Origin: Octopus sinensis
Taxonomy: Eukaryota
Length of the DNA stretch: 64,000 nucleotides
Assembly (NCBI RefSeq): GCF_006345805.1
Contig: NC_043025.1
Location: 14,570,001-14,634,000, forward strand
Reading direction: 5' to 3'
Shown: positions 51,584 through 63,336 of the stretch, in pieces
How positions within the stretch are numbered: the first letter of the stretch is position 1
Layout of the letters: each line of letters begins with the position of its first letter
Position numbers and translations under genes: made by a program
The notes under the pieces: model-generated
What the model saw: the letters and a program-made list of their open reading frames with translations, nothing else
Told to the model about the DNA's origin: nothing
The model's database searches: none

Positions 51584-53785
51584 TGTAAAGGTGTTAGCCA
51601 AGTGGTTGGCGCTTGTCATCGAGAAACTGGTCGACAACGCACAAACGTGCGCCGTGCCAGGCCGGAGCATCCATGACAACCTCCATCTGATGCGCTACAT
51701 CATAGACAGGGTAGTTAACGAACCTGGCATGGGTGGGGCCCTGATCAACTTGGATCAATCGAAAGCCTTCGATAGGGTAGACCATCGATACTTGGAGGCA
51801 GTCCTGAGAGCGGCTGGTTTCGGTCCCGTCTTCCGCGGCTGGATAGCTGCCTTGTACAGAGGCATCCGCTTGGTAATTCGCATAAATGGACATCTATCGA
51901 GACCTTTCGACATTGCACGTTCGGTCCGTCAGGGATGCCCCCTCTCGGCGCTTCTATATGTATTGACTCTTGAGCCACTACTGCGGAAGCTGGCGACTCT
52001 GAGGGGTATCCCGCGAGAATTGGGATGCGGGACGAGCGTGTTTGCATACGCGGACGACGTCACCGTCATAGTGTCAAGCCACGAGCACATCGAGCGGGTC
52101 ACTGAAAGACTACGAAGCGGTGACAGGAGCAAAAATCAACTGGGAAAAGTCAGTGGGCTTGCGGCTCGGCACCTGGAGAAGCAAGCCCATGCCGTCCACC
52201 AGTACCTCCGTCGTGGGACGCTGGACAGACGGCCCGGTTGAGTTGCTCGGGATCTGGTTCGGTCCGGACCTCCAAATGGAGAAGAACTGGAACGAGATAA
52301 CGAGTAGGGTGGTCACTCTTGCCCAGCAATGGGCCAAGAGGAAACTGTCCCTAAAAGGTCGGGCGGAGGTGGCGAACGCGTACATCGCGTCCATCATCTA
52401 CTATCACCTGACCCATGTCCCGACCCTACCATCACCAAACTAGAACGCATCCTCTTCCGCTTCTTGTGGAAAGGATGCGTCCCAATGGTCAGGCGATCTA
52501 TTTGCTGTCAACAACCGTTAAAAGGAGGGCTGGGCATGCCGTGGTTGATGATGCGCAGACACGCGCTGAGACTGCGACATCTCCGGCTCTATGTAGACGA
52601 CGGTGAACAGGTGTGGTCGCCGTTTGTGAGGCACGCATTCCCGCAACTTGTCTCCATGACTGAACTACAGTTGTGGATCAAAAAGAGGCCGAGGAAGGGC
52701 GAATGGCACCGCGAGTGTCGCGTTGCTCTCAAGCAACTCTGCCGTCCCGGGTCGACCTTGAGTGACTTCAACACAACCAAAGCATTCTATAGGGGATTAG
52801 TGGAGGGGAGGTACGACGATGATCTCGGGCAAACCTGGGCGTCGACGAGGAATACCTGACCCGCCTGTTTCAAACAACTTTCGGCCCGGGACCTATGGAC
52901 AACTTCCAGAGATCCCTGGCCTGGCGGTTCTACCGAGAAGTGCTACCCGTTCGGGATAAGCTCTATAGGCATGGCTCAAGAAACACGGGGCCGACCTGCC
53001 CGAGATGCGGGCAGAGCGACGAAACCGCTCTGCACGCAATTGTGCAGTGTCCAGCAATTTCCGGCCTGTGGGCTTATGTCGAACGACTGCTGTCACGTGT
53101 GGGACGTGTCGGTTTATCAGCCGAGTCTATCGTTAATATCGTCACGCCTCCTTCCTTCAAACGGGAAGGAAGAGCTATTTTTATCATACTTGTGGCTATG
53201 GCGAAAGAATGTATCTGGTGGACGCGCCTGAAAGGATTAGAGACAAACACTTTCCTCTCTGGTCAATCTCTCATCAACTTCTTCAAGTATCACTTGAAGA
53301 GGAAAGTGAGAGTAGAGAGGCAAGTTTTGTCTAGGGAATGTTTTAAAAAAAGATGGGTGAATGTAGCAAGGATGGCACGTATGAATGACAAAGCCACCTT
53401 GACTATGATTCTATGAACTGTAAAAATTAATACAGAGAGTTGCTTATTTGCAAGAAAAAATAAAAGAAAGAAATATAACATGTGACTTCATTGACCGAGG
53501 TTACTGTGGTCTTTTCCGTAGGCTTTTCTTTCCACGGGTAAACCTCACCTGTCCTCCCCTTTACACTTCATATTGACATTTCTGTGATTACTATCCCTAT
53601 TGATCAACTTTTTTTCCTCTCCCCTTTCCTTTTTTTTTTCTCTCTTCCCCCTTTTTTTTAAAAATCCTCCCCTTTTTTTGTCCTCTTTCTTTCCTTTTAC
53701 GATCCCTTTTGATCCCCCAAAAGAAAAGCTCTACCTTGTAATTTGTTCTGTCTGTGTGCAGCCCTGTGTGGCTAATAAAGAAACA
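51584..53785 (+). mobile_element. 5'-truncated Tx1/L1-clade LINE (RT plus zf-RVT), frameshifted
   Basis: RT motifs LDQSKAFDRVDH, VRQGCPLS and YADD (52047-52058); C-terminal CPRCGQSDETALHAIVQC. ORF pieces 51591-52241, 52120-52443, 52329-52859 and 52895-53416. The 3' UTR ends AATAAAGAAACA. 15-bp TSD TATCTTTACATCTAT at 51569-51583 and 53786-53800. Confidence 0.93.
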
Positions 53786-53874
53786 TATCTTTACATCTAT
53801 CTATCCCAGTGGTTCCCAACCTGGATTCCATGGGTCCCTGGTGGTCGGTGAACTAAATTCAAAATTTCACATAC

Positions 53875-53925
<51 letters not shown>

Positions 53926-54028
53926 GGAGTAAACACATAAATGTGAAACAAGGTGGAAAAAAAGAGTACTCAAATACCAGTGGTAGAGTAATATGCTTTA
54001 TTTTAAGCAGCAGAAAATTCAACAAAAT

Positions 54029-54066
54029 CTGTTACTCTGAGTTTCTCGTTGCCGTTCATCAGACAG
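54029..54066 (-). ncRNA. Minimal type I hammerhead motif with intact core (GGCAAC family)
   Basis: Reverse complement: CTGT-CTGATGA-A-CG-GCAA-CG-A-GAAA-C-TCAGA-G-TA-ACAG. Stem I is 4 bp, stem II has a GNRA loop, and the cleavage triplet is GUA. Confidence 0.65.
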
Positions 54067-55354
54067 TTTTTGCTAGCAAAAACTAGAATTCCTCCAATAT
54101 TCCTTTAGCCATTACTATATATATATATTTTGTTTCAGTCATTTGACTACAAGCCATGCTGGAGCACCGCCTTTAGTCGAATAAATCGACTTATTCTTTG
54201 TAAGCCTAGTACTTATTCTGTTGGTAAACACACCAGCATCAGTTGTCAAGTGATGGTGGTGGACATACACTGATGCACAAACATACACACACACACATAT
54301 ATATGTATATATACATGACAGGCTACTTCCAGTTTCCGTCTACCAAATCCACTCACAAGGCTTTGGTCAGCCTGAGGCCATAGTAGAAGACACTTGCCCA
54401 ACGCGCCATGCAGTGGGACTGAACCCGGAACCATGTGGCTGGTAAGCAAGCTACTTACCACACCACCACTCCTGCACTTTATATATATATATACATACAC
54501 GAGAGAGAGAAGTATAGATTGTTTGAGGTTGTATACAGATTTTATATATTAAGAAAAAAGGAGCGTGTCAAGATTTGGGCAAAGACTATTTTTCCGTTCA
54601 TCCTATCAGGGTCGATTAAATATACCAGTTACGCACTGGTGTTGATGTAATCGATTTAATCCTGTTGTCTGTCCCCTCTATGTTCAGCCCCCTGTGAGCA
54701 ACGAAGAAGCAATTATCAGAAATTTTAACAAATTCTGGGGTCGATATAATCAACTTAATCCCTTTCTCTGTTCTTGTTTGTCCCCTCTATGTTTAGCCCC
54801 TTGTGGGCAATAAAGAAATAAGAAACTAGAACAAAACAGCACCCCTACTTGCCAGCTCTGCTCAAACTGCCCAAGCCATGCCAACATGGACAATGCACAT
54901 TAAATGATGATATGCACACACACATACATACACTATTGTTAGGAAGGGCATCTGGCCATAGAAACCAATGCCAAAGCAGACTAGAGGGAATAGGGACCAC
55001 TCACCACTGCCGACTCTATGCCAGGAAAATTGATTGATAAATAATTTATTCGTTTTATAACAGTATCAGAAATTTATTAAAAGATTAATCTTAATACATG
55101 GCTAGAATGAAAAAAAAAAAAAAATAAAGCTGAACTTTTAAAATTCGAAACATTATCAGAAATTTAAATTCTGCCGAGGTCGACTTTTCCGTTCATCTTT
55201 TCGGTGGTTGATAAATTAAGTACCAGTTATGCACTGGGGTTGATGTAATTGATTTAATCCCGTTGTCTATCCTTGTTTGTCCACTCTATGTTCAGACATT
55301 AAATGATGATGATGAAAATTGATGCTAACGATGTTTTTGTTTTGCATATTTCAG

Positions 55355-55572
55355 GTATGAATGGAACGCATTCACCTCTCGGTCTGAACGGCCGCACTCC
55401 ATCACCTCCTGGCTCAATGCCCAATGCAGTATCAACACAACAGCTGCCACCTGCGTGTGGCGCCCGGCAACTGAGCAAGTTAAAACGGTTCCTGACCACG
55501 CTACAGCAGTTTGGTTCAGACATCTCTCCCGACATCGGGGAGCGTGTACGGACGTTAGTCCTCGGTCTTGTG
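55355..55572 (+). CDS. CBFA2T1: MTG/ETO/nervy family corepressor, exon with start of TAFH (NHR1) domain
   Basis: ttcag| ... [73 protein letters not shown] |gtacgt. Near-identical to the ETO/RUNX1T1 [26 protein letters not shown] segment. Phase 1 to phase 0. Confidence 0.95.
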
Positions 55573-55764
55573 GTACGTATTGATTGACCGTCTGTCTTTT
55601 CTCTTAATTATTGTCGTGATTCTGGTGGTTGTTGCTGTTTCTTTTAACCCCAGGTCAGTGGTCTGTTGTAGTTGACCCATGATTGAAGCAGTTCAGGATG
55701 TTATCATCCCACCTTTTCTTTTTTCCATGAGATGCACAATTATGTATTATGTATACATTTCTTG

Positions 55765-55811
<47 letters not shown>

Positions 55812-56045
55812 TAGACAAATAGTGTTTGTGCATACATATATTTTTTTATTTGTTTGTCATTTGACTGCGGCCATGCCGGAGCACCACCTTTAGTTGAGCA
55901 AATCGACCCCATGACTTATTCTTTGTAAGCCTAGTGCTTATTCTATTGGTCTCTTTTGCCGAACTGCTAAGTTATGGGAACGTAAACACACTGACCTCAG
56001 TTGTCAGGTAATGTGGGGGCACAGATACACATACATACATACACG

Positions 56046-56112
<67 letters not shown>

Positions 56113-56742
56113 GACTGGCTTCTTTCAGTTTCCCTCTACCAAATCCACTCACAAGGCTTTGGTCAGTCTGAGGCTATAATAGAAGATACTCTGCTCAAGG
56201 CGCCCCACAGTGGGACTGAACCCGGAGCCATGTGGTTGGTAAGCAAGCTACTTACCACACAGCCACTCCAGCACCTATACATGCACCTGTATGGGTTTTG
56301 TAGCACGAAGCTAAGCCGGCCTTGCCGTCCACTCAAGAAAACCCATAGTAAATGATCCACAAGCAGGCCTCAAGAGACACATTTCTTTTCTACTCTAGGC
56401 ACAAAACCTGGAATTTGGAGGGAGGTGGCGCAATCGATTAGATTGACTCCAGTACACAACTGGTACTTAATTTATCGACCTCGACAGGATGAAAGGCAAA
56501 GTCGACCTTGGTGGAATTTAAACTCAGAACTGTTAAGCACTTCGCCCAGCATGCTTATGATTCTGCCAGCTTGCTGCCTTCTCAAGAAACACATTTGTGT
56601 CCATAGAACATGATTACATGGCAAAGGGAACAAGTTGAGCACTCAGTTTGCTTGAGGCCTGCTTTTGGATCATTTACTATGGGTTTTCTTGAGTGGTCGG
56701 TGAGGCCTCCTTTGCTTCGTGTGTGTGTGTGTATCTGTGTGC

Positions 56743-56793
<51 letters not shown>

Positions 56794-58404
56794 ATGTGAG
56801 GCTGTGTGATAAGAAGTTTGCCTCCCAACCCAAATGGCTCCAGGTTCAATCCCACTGTGTGGCACTTGGGCAAGTGTCTTCTATTATAGCCTCAGGCTGA
56901 TCAAAGCACTGTGAATGAATTTATTAAATGGAAACTGAGAGAAGCCTTTCTTATATGTATTAGGGTGGTGAGCTGGCAGAATTGTTGGCACGCCGGGCGA
57001 AATGCTTTGCGGTATTTCGTCTGCCGTTATGTTCTGAGTTGCCTTTCATCCTTTCGGGGTCGATAAATTAAGTACCAGTTACGCACTGAGGTCAATATAA
57101 TCAACTTAATCCATTTGTCCCCTCTATGTTTAGCCCCTTGTGGGCAATAAAGAAACAGGTATTTCATCTGCCGTTACATTCTGAGTTCAAACTCTGCCAA
57201 AGTCAACTTTGCCTTTCATGATAGATTAAATAAGTACCAGTTACGCACTGGGGTCGACATAATCGACTTAAACCCTTTGTTTGTCCCCTGTGGGCAATAA
57301 AGAAATATATATATGATCTAATGTGTGAGTGTGTGTCCCTCAGCACTGTTTGAAAACCAATGTTGGTTTCATTATGTCCCCATTAATTAGTGGTTCAACA
57401 AAAGAGAATGATATAATAAAAGGAAAAATAAGAAGTCCTGGGGTTGATTTGTTTCTAGTAAATCCTTTTAGGTGGTGCCCCAGCATGGCCACAGTCTAAT
57501 GACTGGAGCAAGCGTAATAATAAGATACATACATGCTGTATATCTTTTATCTTTTTGCTTCTTCCAGTCATCAGACTGCGGCCATGCTGGGGCACTGCCT
57601 TGAAATTTTGTCGAATGAATTCAGCTCAGGTCTCATTCTTTAAGCCTGGTGCTTATTCTATTGGACTCTTTTCCAAACTGCTAAGTTACGGGGATGCAAA
57701 CACACCAACATTGGTTGTCAAGTGGTGAGAGGGGGGACAAACATGCATTCATAGATACATGCGTATATGACAGGCTTTGGTTGGGTTGAGGCAATAGAAT
57801 AAGACACTTGCCCAAGGTGCCATGCAGTGGGACTGAACCCACAACCATGTGGTTGGGAAACAAACATCTTACCATACAGCCACGCCTGCACCTATATATA
57901 AATATATACATAGCATTCATTTTTACATCTGTTTTTCCATGGGTTAGATGAATACATTATTGAGGCAAATAGCAGTTTCCCCATTTCCAGTCAGGAGAAA
58001 ATATTCTGTTACTTGGAAACAGGTGAGGGGCGAAGTCAGGAATGGTATCTGGCCTCGGAAAGCAAATCTACCTCACCAAATTCCTTCTAAAAACAATGCC
58101 GATGTTGTCCGCAAAGCCTTGGATGACCAGTCATAATGGTCAGCATGGAATGAAAATAAACTTGTCCAAGGTTTTCCTTGCATTGGAATTGAACTTAGTA
58201 TCTTATGGTTACCGAGTGAACATCTTAACTGGACAGCCATGCTTTTAGGAATTTCAAAAATTACTTATTTTTTGTGGTGGGTTTGGTATAGGGTCCATAG
58301 AGTGATTGGTATTAATCAGGGCAGCTGAGGTCCAAGGGTAGATAATTATTTTTATGTTCTGCTTTCTGCATGACTTACCTGTTACCATGGTGATTGTTGG
58401 TCTG

Positions 58405-58806
58405 GTTTAGCCCTAAGTCAGTCTTGCCCTAACACACCTATGATCCATCCTTTTTTCCAGTCTGATAAGCCTCTGAGCTTATCAGATGTTCCAGCTGTGA
58501 CCATCCTGTCTTTTATTCAGACAGAGTGTATCTAAGACTACATTATCTAATGTGCCCTTCCTTATCGTTTAGCCCCAGGTCAGTCTTGATCCAGTAGACC
58601 TTTCATCAAAGATGTTCCAGCTGTGACCATCCTGTCTTTTATTCAGACATAGTGTACCTAGGACTACATTATCTAATGTGTCTTTCCTTGATGTTTAGCC
58701 CCAGGTCAGTCCTGATCCAGTAGACCTGTGATCAAAGATGTTCCAGCTGTGACCATCCTGTCTTTTATTCAGTCATAGTGTATCTAAGACTACATTATCT
58801 AATGTG
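58405..58806 (+). repeat. 126-bp minisatellite family, ~3 units (intronic)
   Basis: TAGCCCC at 58570 and 58696 (period 126); same unit as 22150-22932. Confidence 0.93.
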
Positions 58807-59505
58807 GACTAGTTTCCTTGTGGTGGCTGCTGATAGTGAAGAGGAAGGAGGAGGGGAGGCAGGTAGAGAAAGCAAAACCCCCAAAAAGAGGTAAAACAAC
58901 AAATAAATCAACTAAATACAAAGGCAGCACTCATTGGGGTGGTCAGGTGGAGGGGAGAGAGAGAGGGAGGGTGTTAGTGACAGATGTGGAACAGACACAG
59001 AACAGATGTAGTGGAGGAGAAATGACAGATGAAGCAGTAGTAGTAGCAGTGATGGTGGTGTTGGGAGAAGATCTGTCATTGTGGTGGGAGGTTGAGAGAG
59101 AGAGAGAGAGGGGAATGTTAATGGTGGTGGCAGCAGCGGTGTTGGGGTGGATTGCCGAAATCTTTTAGAATTTAAATTATGGATGTGGGTGAGTGTGTAT
59201 TATTTATATATATATGTGTATGTGTGCATATATATATATATATATAAGGGGAGATTTTTGTATGTATAAATATATATTTATGGGGAGATTTGTGTGTGCA
59301 TATATATATATACTCTCTCTTTTATTTGTTGAAGTCATTTGACTGCGGCCATTTTAATTGAGCAAATCAACCCCAGGACTTATTCTATCGGTCCCTTTTG
59401 CCGAACCACTAGGCTACGGGGAAGTAAACACACCAGCATTGGTTGTCAAGCGATGCTGGGGTGGGGTGGGGGGACAAACACAGACACACAAACATATACA
59501 TACAT

Positions 59506-59551
<46 letters not shown>

Positions 59552-59831
59552 CACATACACACACACACACACATACATATACCTATATACGACAGGCTTC
59601 TTTCAGTTTCCATCTACCAAATCCACTCACAAGGCTTTGGTCGGCCCGAGGCTATAGTAGAAGACACTTGCCCAAGGTGCCACGCAATGGGACTGAACCC
59701 GGAACCATGTGGCTGGTAAGCAAGCTACTTACCACACAGCCACTCCTACACCTATATATATATCAAATAACATGAGACAACAAAATTAAGACTATGTAGA
59801 ATTTATAAGACGTTTATAAAAAGAAAGTTAG

Positions 59832-59877
59832 TCTTACAGCTGTTTCTGGGATATTAGGGATGTCCCTTCATCAGAGA
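59832..59877 (-). ncRNA. Minimal type I hammerhead motif with intact core (CAGCTG family)
   Basis: Reverse complement: TCT-CTGATGA-A-GGGA-catccctaata-TCCC-A-GAAA-C-AGCT-G-TA-AGA. Stem III is palindromic and the cleavage triplet is GUA. Confidence 0.65.
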
Positions 59878-60302
59878 TGATGTGAGAGAGTTAACTAGAG
59901 GTAAATATTAGAGTTCAATATAAGGAGTTATTTTGGAAAAAGATGACAACAAATGATGGTGTGTTTACGTCCCCGTAACTTAACGGTTCAGCAAAAGAGA
60001 CTGATAGAAGAAGTACTAAGCCTACAAGGAATAAGTCCTGGGGTTGATTTGCTCGATTAAATGCGGTGCTCCAGCATGGCCACAGTCAAATGATTGGAAC
60101 AAGTAAAAGAGAGTATGTGTGTTTTTTTTTCTCTGAATAAAACTGTTGTTGTCTGAGAGATGCCTCAAAAGATACCCCTTCTGGTCCAAAACGAAACAAC
60201 AAAAAACATTGGTTATAAAATTTCTTTTTGTTTTCTTTCAATCAAAATCTTGTTTTGTTTGCTTTCTTTCTTTTTAACCGTTTTTTTTCCCCTCTTTTGT
60301 AG

Positions 60303-60392
60303 AATTCCCATTTGTCCATTGAAGAGTTCCATGCCAAACTGCAGGAGGCTACCAACTTCCCACTTCGACCATTCGTTATTCCATTTCTCAAG
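60303..60392 (+). CDS. CBFA2T1: MTG/ETO/nervy exon, TAFH domain middle
   Basis: tttgtag| [30 protein letters not shown] |gtcatt; 90 nt, phase 0-0. Missed by the ORF track. Confidence 0.96.
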
Positions 60393-61704
60393 GTCATTAT
60401 TATTATTATTATTACTAGCTGTCCCCGTGCCATCAAAAATGATGGCTATTTGTAGGATTTTATATAAAAATAAGGTACATAATAATCACACATGTACACT
60501 CAGAGTTGAAACGCTGTTTGATTTTTCTTTTCAGCGTTGATTGTTCACCATCCCATTTCCATTGTACACACACACAAACACTCACATACCCCCCTTTTAC
60601 ATACACACACATATACTCTCACAGATCTTTTTCACCCCTTCCTTTCTTGGTCAGAGTTATTACTATCACTACTTCTCCTTCATTGAATTACTATTTTCTC
60701 TCCTTCTCTGCGTCTGGCTTTAGTCTGGATGAATATATATACATAGGAGCTCTCTGTCGGTTACGACGACGAGGGTCCCAGCTGATACAATCAACAGAAC
60801 AGCTTGCTCGTGAAATTAACATGCAAGTGGCTGAGCACTCCACAGATACATGCACTCTTAACATAGTTCTCAGAAAGATTCAGCATGATACACAGAATGT
60901 GACAAGGCTGGCCCCTTTGAATTACTGGTACTACTCATTTTTGCCAGCTGAGTGGACTGAAGCAATGTGAAATAAAGTGTCTTGCTCAAGGACACAAGGC
61001 ATCGCCGGGAATCGAACTCACAACCTTACGATCATGAACCTGATGCCCTAACCACTAAGCCCTCACAATATAAATTTATATATATAACACTTCGCTCATT
61101 AAGTTGGTGAAATGGCAGAATCGTTAGCATGCTGGACGAAAGAGCTACATTCTGAGTTCAAATTCCACTGAGGTCGACTTTACCTTTCAGGGTCGATAAA
61201 TTAAGTACCAGTTGCGTACTGGGGTCAATGATGTAATCAATTAATTCCCCCCAATCCCCATAAGTTGCGACCTTGCGCTTCCAATGTAAAAAGATTATTA
61301 CTTACGTTCTGACTGCAAATTCTGTTGAGGTCGACTTTGCCTTTCCGTCCTTTTGCAGTCGCTAAAACAAGTACCAGTTGAATACTGGGGTCGATGTAAT
61401 CAACTTATGCTTCCCCGAAATTGCTGGCCTTGTGCCTATAATAGAAAGGCTCATTACACCCAGCACAAACCTCTAAACGTATACAAACGTCTAGTAAATA
61501 GGGACTGCCATCTCCCACCCCCCTCTTTCTCTCGGTTCTCCACTCACAAAATACAAAGCGAGCACAAACACACCTTTTCATGACAACAGATCAGGCCAAC
61601 AAGAGTAACCTCCCTTGGCACTCCAATACTTTCTCTCTTTCGAATGCCTTATCCGTTCATCTATCTATCTAACCATCTCCCATTCTGTATGTATATTATT
61701 ATTA

Positions 61705-62235
61705 TTATCATTATTGTTGAGTGAGAGAGCAGTGCATGCCATCAAAGTGACTCTGGGGTAAAATATACGAAGCCCAGTATACCCGTCTGATAAGGGTACA
61801 CCAGGCACATGCATCACAACCATATGTGCGCAACATGGTGATCTCATATCAAGATAAACAGCACATGACCTTGCAGGTGGGGCCCAGTTACAACCTTATT
61901 CTGGTTGAGTAAGCCATCCCACTCAAAAGGTCCCTGAATAAGGGTTGTTTAAGGATGTTGAACGAAACACCCATGTTTCCAGAGGTGAATTATCCAAACT
62001 CCAAAGAATCCCTCTCAACACATGGCTATGATGCTCCCCAACTACTTCTGCTCGTGATCAGAGATGCACATATCGTCAGCCACTAAGGGACATGCTCAAC
62101 TGGTTACGGTCAAACAACTGACAAGCAAATCTGTGGTATTGAGCGCAGAATATTTGCTGTAGGCCATCTTTTACACCAAGACAAAACAATGTACATGATA
62201 ACACTTCCAATCAGAAGCCATGAGAGCCACTGCAT
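61705..62235. mobile_element. Unclassified interspersed repeat (probable)
   Basis: Moderate-GC, non-coding block bounded by (ATT)n/(TTG)n tails. It resembles retroposon-derived sequence but is not classifiable without a library. Confidence 0.35.
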
Positions 62236-62527
62236 CAAGGCATGTTGTTATTATTATTTAGATAGGGTGAAGAGCCAAGCTGTGTCCTCTTAAAGCACCT
62301 CTACTTATTCCAATCCGTGTGTAGGTGTTATTATTTCTGTGAGGAGTGCATATAAGAGTTGAAAATGCGGGAAAATATTGTCTGCAGAGTAATTATACAC
62401 CTCTCTCGACCCACCTGTCTATCTAACCTTCTCTCTCCTTACCTGTATCCATTCTGTTTGTTTCTCTCGTTCTCGCTTTCTTTCACACCTGACATTAACA
62501 CTTTCTCTCTTTCCTATATTGTTCCAG

Positions 62528-62709
62528 GCCAACTTACCTCTGCTCCAAAGGGAACTCCTACACTGTGCCCGCATGGCCAAACAGACCCCCCAGCAGTACC
62601 TCGCACAGAACGAACACATCCTCTTCGATACGTCCAACTCCCCCGTTGAGTCACATGACTCACTGTCTTCAGAGTTCAACGAGAATGGCAAACGAAGATC
62701 ACCTGACAG
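62528..62709 (+). CDS. CBFA2T1: MTG/ETO/nervy exon, end of TAFH domain and NLS region
   Basis: ttccag| [60 protein letters not shown](R) |gtaagc; 182 nt, phase 0-2. Confidence 0.96.
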
Positions 62710-62749
62710 GTAAGCTACTTTCTCAGGCAATCACTGACCCTTTTGTATC

Positions 62750-63135
62750 TCGGACGACATCATCTAATATGTCCTTCCTTGTTTAGCCCCAGGTCAGTCC
62801 TGATCCAGTAGACCTATGATCAAAGATGTTCCAGCTGTGACCATCCTGTCTTTTATTCAGACACAGTGTATCTAGGACTGCATTTTCTAATGTGTCTTTC
62901 CTTGATGTTTAGCCCCAGGTCAGTCCTGAGCCAGTAGACCTATGATCAAAGATTCTCCAGCTGTGACCATCCTGTCTTTTATTCAGGCATAGTGTATCTA
63001 GGACTACATTATCTAATGTGTCCTTCCTTGTTGTTTAGCCCCAGGTCGACCCTGATCAAAGATGTTCCAACTGTGACCATCCTGTCTTTTATCCAGACAT
63101 AGTCTATCTAGGACTACATTATCCTGTGTGACCTT
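62750..63135 (+). repeat. 126-bp minisatellite family, ~3 units (intronic)
   Basis: TAGCCCC at 62784, 62910 and 63036 (period 126). Confidence 0.93.
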
Positions 63136-63336
63136 CATTGTGTAACCAACACCTGTACTTAACTGCTACTTATATAAACCGATGAGGGAGCCTCTAGGTA
63201 GTCTTCTAAGATCCATTCACAACTCGGATGGTTTATAGGACTGCCTAGGGGCTCCCTCATCGGTTTGCATAATTAGCAGTGAATATCAACATTCTTTATC
63301 CTTCATTTTATTCCACATTAAAATCTCTCTTTCCAG

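Noticed and set aside
55303-55354. In-frame MMMM start upstream of the TAFH exon
   Set aside because: The ATGs are an (ATG)n repeat after a SINE, and a good polypyrimidine/TTCAG acceptor precedes 55355.
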